DNA of 36,992 nt, from the UHGV virus genome UHGV-0136957; one strand, written 5' to 3'. The notes below the pieces were generated by a model. That model did not search any database, was not told the origin of the DNA, and worked only from the letters and a program-made list of their open reading frames with translations. Positions within the stretch are counted from its first letter, which is position 1; every line of letters starts with the position of its first letter. The DNA is from a virus. The position numbers were made by a program, and so were the translations under genes. This document shows, piece after piece, positions 34,623 through 36,992 of this stretch.

Positions 34623-35165
34623 TTAGCATTCTAAAATTCGCAAATAGCAGTTTTTTATATCGATTTTTTCCAAAAGTTCGTAAAATTCGCGCACGCACTC
34701 GACTGAATTGCTTATCCACCCTTGTTTTTCGTTGCACGATTTTCCCAAAAGTATGCACCCCGCGGTATCCTGTGGGTAGTTTCCTATATGTATGAGTATT
34801 CTGCGGGTGCGAAATGCGGGCATAATCCAATCACAATTAAGCCAAATCGCTGTATTTCGTGCGCCACGCTTAAATTTAGGGTATTTTTTAGTCAAATTTC
34901 CATTTCGTGCGCTATGCGTCCATTCCAAAGCATAATCACGGCTCACTATGCGCTTGTCCTGCCCTGATATATCAGTGCTTGCGCCCCCGTTTTCAAGTGT
35001 AAAGCACTTAAAAAGCACTTTGTCCTTGTCTTTCGTATCTAAAACGCTTAATTTGCCAAGCGTTGCGTTTTCTGCTTTTGCTGTGCTGTTGGGTTTTGCG
35101 ACATTTGCTACTTCTTTAAAGCGTTGTAGAATGATTTTGTAGCGTTTTTCGTCTATTTTTGACAT
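34623..35165 (-). CDS. Hypothetical protein, possibly L,D-transpeptidase-like (YkuD-type H...G...T.GC motif); could be a cell-wall enzyme
   Basis: Track ORF; AAGGA RBS plus ATG; motif ILIHIGNYPQDTAGCILLG resembles the YkuD catalytic His/Cys region. Weak. Confidence 0.3.
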   Translation of the reverse strand: MSKIDEKRYKIILQRFKEVANVAKPNSTAKAENATLGKLSVLDTKDKDKVLFKCFTLENGGASTDISGQDKRIVSRDYALEWTHSARNGNLTKKYPKFKRGARNTAIWLNCDWIMPAFRTRRILIHIGNYPQDTAGCILLGKSCNEKQGWISNSVECVREFYELLEKIDIKNCYLRILEC

Positions 35166-35171
35166 TTTAAA

Positions 35172-35199
35172 TCCTTAAAAAATGGGGGCTTGCGCCCCC
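35172..35199 (-). terminator. Intrinsic terminator (stem gggggc/gccccc, loop ttgc, then a U-tract on the minus strand)
   Basis: Read directly: minus-sense gggggcgcaagccccc followed by attttttaagg. Confidence 0.6.
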
Positions 35200-35242
35200 A
35201 CAAATTTTTCACAAAGGAGACCAGCTGAACGCCAGCACCAAA

Positions 35243-35251
35243 ATTATAGCA
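35243..35251 (-). promoter_or_regulatory. Extended -10 promoter (TGcTATAAT) upstream of the terminator hairpin and gene 34623..35165
   Basis: Minus-sense tttgcTATAATtttgg. Confidence 0.35.
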
Positions 35252-35265
35252 AATTTTTTAAAAAT

Positions 35266-35778
35266 TTACTCAACAAATTTTATAACCTCAACGCGTGGCG
35301 CGTAAGAGTTGGGTAGTTCGCCCGTCTCGCGACAATGTCGCATTAAAATCGCGGCTCGGCTTGTGTAGCGGTAGTAACTATCGCTAGGGTTGTCAAGGCT
35401 CTGCACGCGTTTTTTCCAACAAAGCGCATCAAAGGCTCGGGCGTAGTCGCTCCACTCTCGCGGGCTGTCAAGTCCGCTAATCTCACAAAAGCCCGCAAAT
35501 ACCCAACGCCCAGCGTTATTTTGCTTGTAGCGAAAGGCTTTAAATGAGATATAGCTTGTCTCTTTATCCAAAAAATGCCGTTCAGCACTTAAAAACTCAA
35601 AGGCTGTGCCTTTTTTATTGACAAAATAGCACTTAAAAAGTTCGCACCAGCTTGTAGCTGGCGCGGGCAACTCATTTTTAAGTCCCGCTTCGTCTCTACT
35701 CTCTCGGCTTTTGGCTTTCATTTTCTCAAAATAAGCCGTTAAGCTATCTCCGCTGTCATTTTTTTGTAAAATCATCAC
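35266..35778 (-). CDS. Hypothetical protein, compositionally atypical (GC-rich) ORF co-transcribed with the replication genes
   Basis: Track ORF; ATGA start overlap with the DnaC-like gene; locally about 50% GC versus a 35-40% genome background (judged by eye). Confidence 0.45.
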   Translation of the reverse strand: MMILQKNDSGDSLTAYFEKMKAKSRESRDEAGLKNELPAPATSWCELFKCYFVNKKGTAFEFLSAERHFLDKETSYISFKAFRYKQNNAGRWVFAGFCEISGLDSPREWSDYARAFDALCWKKRVQSLDNPSDSYYRYTSRAAILMRHCRETGELPNSYAPRVEVIKFVE

Positions 35779-36386
35779 TCACCCCTTAAATCCACACCTT
35801 TAATCTGCAAAACCACAACGCCACCGCCTTGTTTTAGGCGACTTACAGCCATCTTGCTTAAAAAATTTAGTAAATTTTTGGGGTTTTCGTTGAAAATTAA
35901 GCACAAAGGCACTAATTTATCATAAGCCGTCATCACTATTTCATTGATAATCTCCCAATCGTCCGCGCTTTGTAGCTGGTGTAGCTCATCGATAATAACG
36001 AATTTGCAGGGCGTGGGCGGTTCATCGTAAAAAATGCTCTCCTTTGCAAAAACGCCCTGCAAGGTTTTGGCGATGTTTTTAAAGTTTCCCTTAAATTCGC
36101 TTACTAACACGCTCGCGCGGTTGTAGTAAATTCGAGCCTCTCCGCCCGTCTGCTCTTTTAAACGCATAGCTAGTTCAAAAGCTAGGTAAGTCTTGCCTCT
36201 GCCCGTTTCACCACACAAAAGCAGATTTTTTTTGCCCTGCATTGCGCTTAAAGCGTTGTTTAAATCCACGAACGCACCCTTATCGTGCATAAGCACGCCA
36301 TTTTCCCTATCGTTTAAAAAACGCTCGCTTATGCCGTCTAAACGCGCAGTTTTTAAAACGCGGTCTTTATAGTTAGTTGTTTCCAT
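35775..36386 (-). CDS. AAA+ ATPase, DnaC/IstB-like helicase loader
   Basis: Walker A LLLCGETGRGKTYLA and Walker B KFVIIDELHQL. It lies immediately downstream of the initiator-like gene and overlaps it by 14 nt. Confidence 0.7.
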   Translation of the reverse strand: METTNYKDRVLKTARLDGISERFLNDRENGVLMHDKGAFVDLNNALSAMQGKKNLLLCGETGRGKTYLAFELAMRLKEQTGGEARIYYNRASVLVSEFKGNFKNIAKTLQGVFAKESIFYDEPPTPCKFVIIDELHQLQSADDWEIINEIVMTAYDKLVPLCLIFNENPKNLLNFLSKMAVSRLKQGGGVVVLQIKGVDLRGE

Positions 36387-36992
36387 CGAAATCCTCCGTA
36401 TTTGATTTTTGAAAATTCAAGGCTTTTAAATCGTCATCGCTGTAATATCTATCGTTCAAATCGGTTGTAACATACTTTTTAGCAAGGTCGCCCCTTGCCT
36501 TATTGCGCTCGCGGGCGTAGGCAGAGTTTTCAAAGTTAATTTTTCGTGGCTCGAATAAGCCCTGCCATCCGTTTGTAATACTATTTTCTATGCTGTCATA
36601 AGCCCCTATGCCTAGCTTAATGAGCTTATTGATGATTTTAACTGCGCCCGTTTCAGTTATCGGCTTTTTAATCTCATCTCTATGTTTTGCGAATTCCAAA
36701 ACATCAGCCAGCGTGAAATGGTGTATTTTGTCTTTGTGAGCGTTAAAAGCGTTTGTAATGTTTAAAGCACTATTAGCTTTTTTAGCTTTTGGCTTTTTAA
36801 CACTTAAATCGCTTTGTGTTTGTGATGAATTCTCAAAAGCAGAATTTTCACACTCAAAAAAAGTGCTTGCGCTTTGTTCTTTTGGTATTGTTTCTTTTGT
36901 TTTTGTATTCTTTTGATTTTGTAATATAGGTAGTTTAGGGGTATTTTTACCCTTATCGTTCGGGGTATTTTTACCATTATCGTTCGGGGTAT
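36373..36992 (-). CDS. Replication-initiator-like protein, 3' part (C-terminal domain), in frame with the 5' part across the window junction
   Basis: Track ORF 36373..36699 begins at an internal TTG. The same frame stays open upstream through 36992 (...KGKNTPKLPILQNQKNTKTKETIPKEQSASTFFECENS...HHFTLADVLEFAKHRDEIKK...). It joins the frame of the ORF at 1..469 exactly. Confidence 0.55.
   Translation of the reverse strand, partial: TPNDNGKNTPNDKGKNTPKLPILQNQKNTKTKETIPKEQSASTFFECENSAFENSSQTQSDLSVKKPKAKKANSALNITNAFNAHKDKIHHFTLADVLEFAKHRDEIKKPITETGAVKIINKLIKLGIGAYDSIENSITNGWQGLFEPRKINFENSAYARERNKARGDLAKKYVTTDLNDRYYSDDDLKALNFQKSNTEDFDGNN
36928..36992. repeat. Same 24-bp tandem array (about 2.5 units) as at positions 1-116; the sequence is seamless if the ends are joined
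   Basis: Read directly: ...ggggtatttttacccttatcgttcggggtatttttaccattatcgttcggggtat, continuing into ttttaccattatcg... at position 1. Confidence 0.9.

Noticed and set aside
35775-36386. The AAA+ protein as a Mu B-like transposition ATPase (making this a transposable Mu-like phage)
   Set aside because: No DDE transposase (MuA-like, about 600 aa) exists anywhere in the genome. The ATPase follows an initiator-like gene with iterons, which fits a DnaC-type helicase loader.
1-36992. Searched for tRNA genes, an integrase with attP, and a CI/Cro-type divergent switch
   Set aside because: I could recognise no tRNA-like cloverleaf or T-loop GGTTCGAATCC-type motif. No recombinase signatures were found. 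There are no divergently transcribed gene pairs, because all genes are on one strand.

Overview
The 36,992-bp window looks like a complete, circularly closed (or circularly permuted) tailed-phage genome from a low-GC host. Host identity is unproven. Supporting signs are the AT-rich sequence, AGGAGG ribosome-binding sites, and extended -10 promoters (TGnTATAAT) with weak -35 boxes, which hint at a Campylobacterota-like host. The same 24-bp tandem array sits at both window ends, and one minus-strand ORF stays in frame across the junction. Every credible gene is on the minus strand and is read from high to low coordinates. The order is: a replication-initiator-like gene spanning the junction with an iteron-like array inside it; a DnaC-like loader; early and accessory genes (a BRO/KilA-C antirepressor, an ERF-exonuclease-SSB recombination module, a DUF1064 nuclease, two orphan DNA methyltransferases); terminase small and large subunits; a lysis block (holin-like genes plus i- and o-spanins) with no recognisable endolysin; a Mu-like head module (DUF935 portal, F-like protein, protease/scaffold, major capsid); a P2/Mu-like contractile tail (sheath, tube, frameshifted chaperone, tape measure, baseplate); and two paralogous tail fibres. 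The most notable observations are these. (1) A G-segment-like invertible cassette swaps the C-terminus of one tail fibre, yet no invertase or other recombinase is found anywhere in the genome. (2) Ori-like iterons plus an AT-rich stretch lie inside the rep gene. (3) A leader with a terminator and an anti-SD sequence sits in front of rep. (4) A -1 programmed frameshift site lies in the tail assembly chaperone. (5) An 18-bp in-frame repeat array lies in a Dam-like methyltransferase. (6) There are two promoter classes: early promoters with TTGACA-17-TATAAT, and late promoters with only an extended -10. (7) A plus-strand promoter and terminator pair inside a late-operon intergenic region may specify a small RNA. 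(8) One ORF in the replication operon is strongly GC-rich. No integrase, repressor, transposase or tRNA was found.
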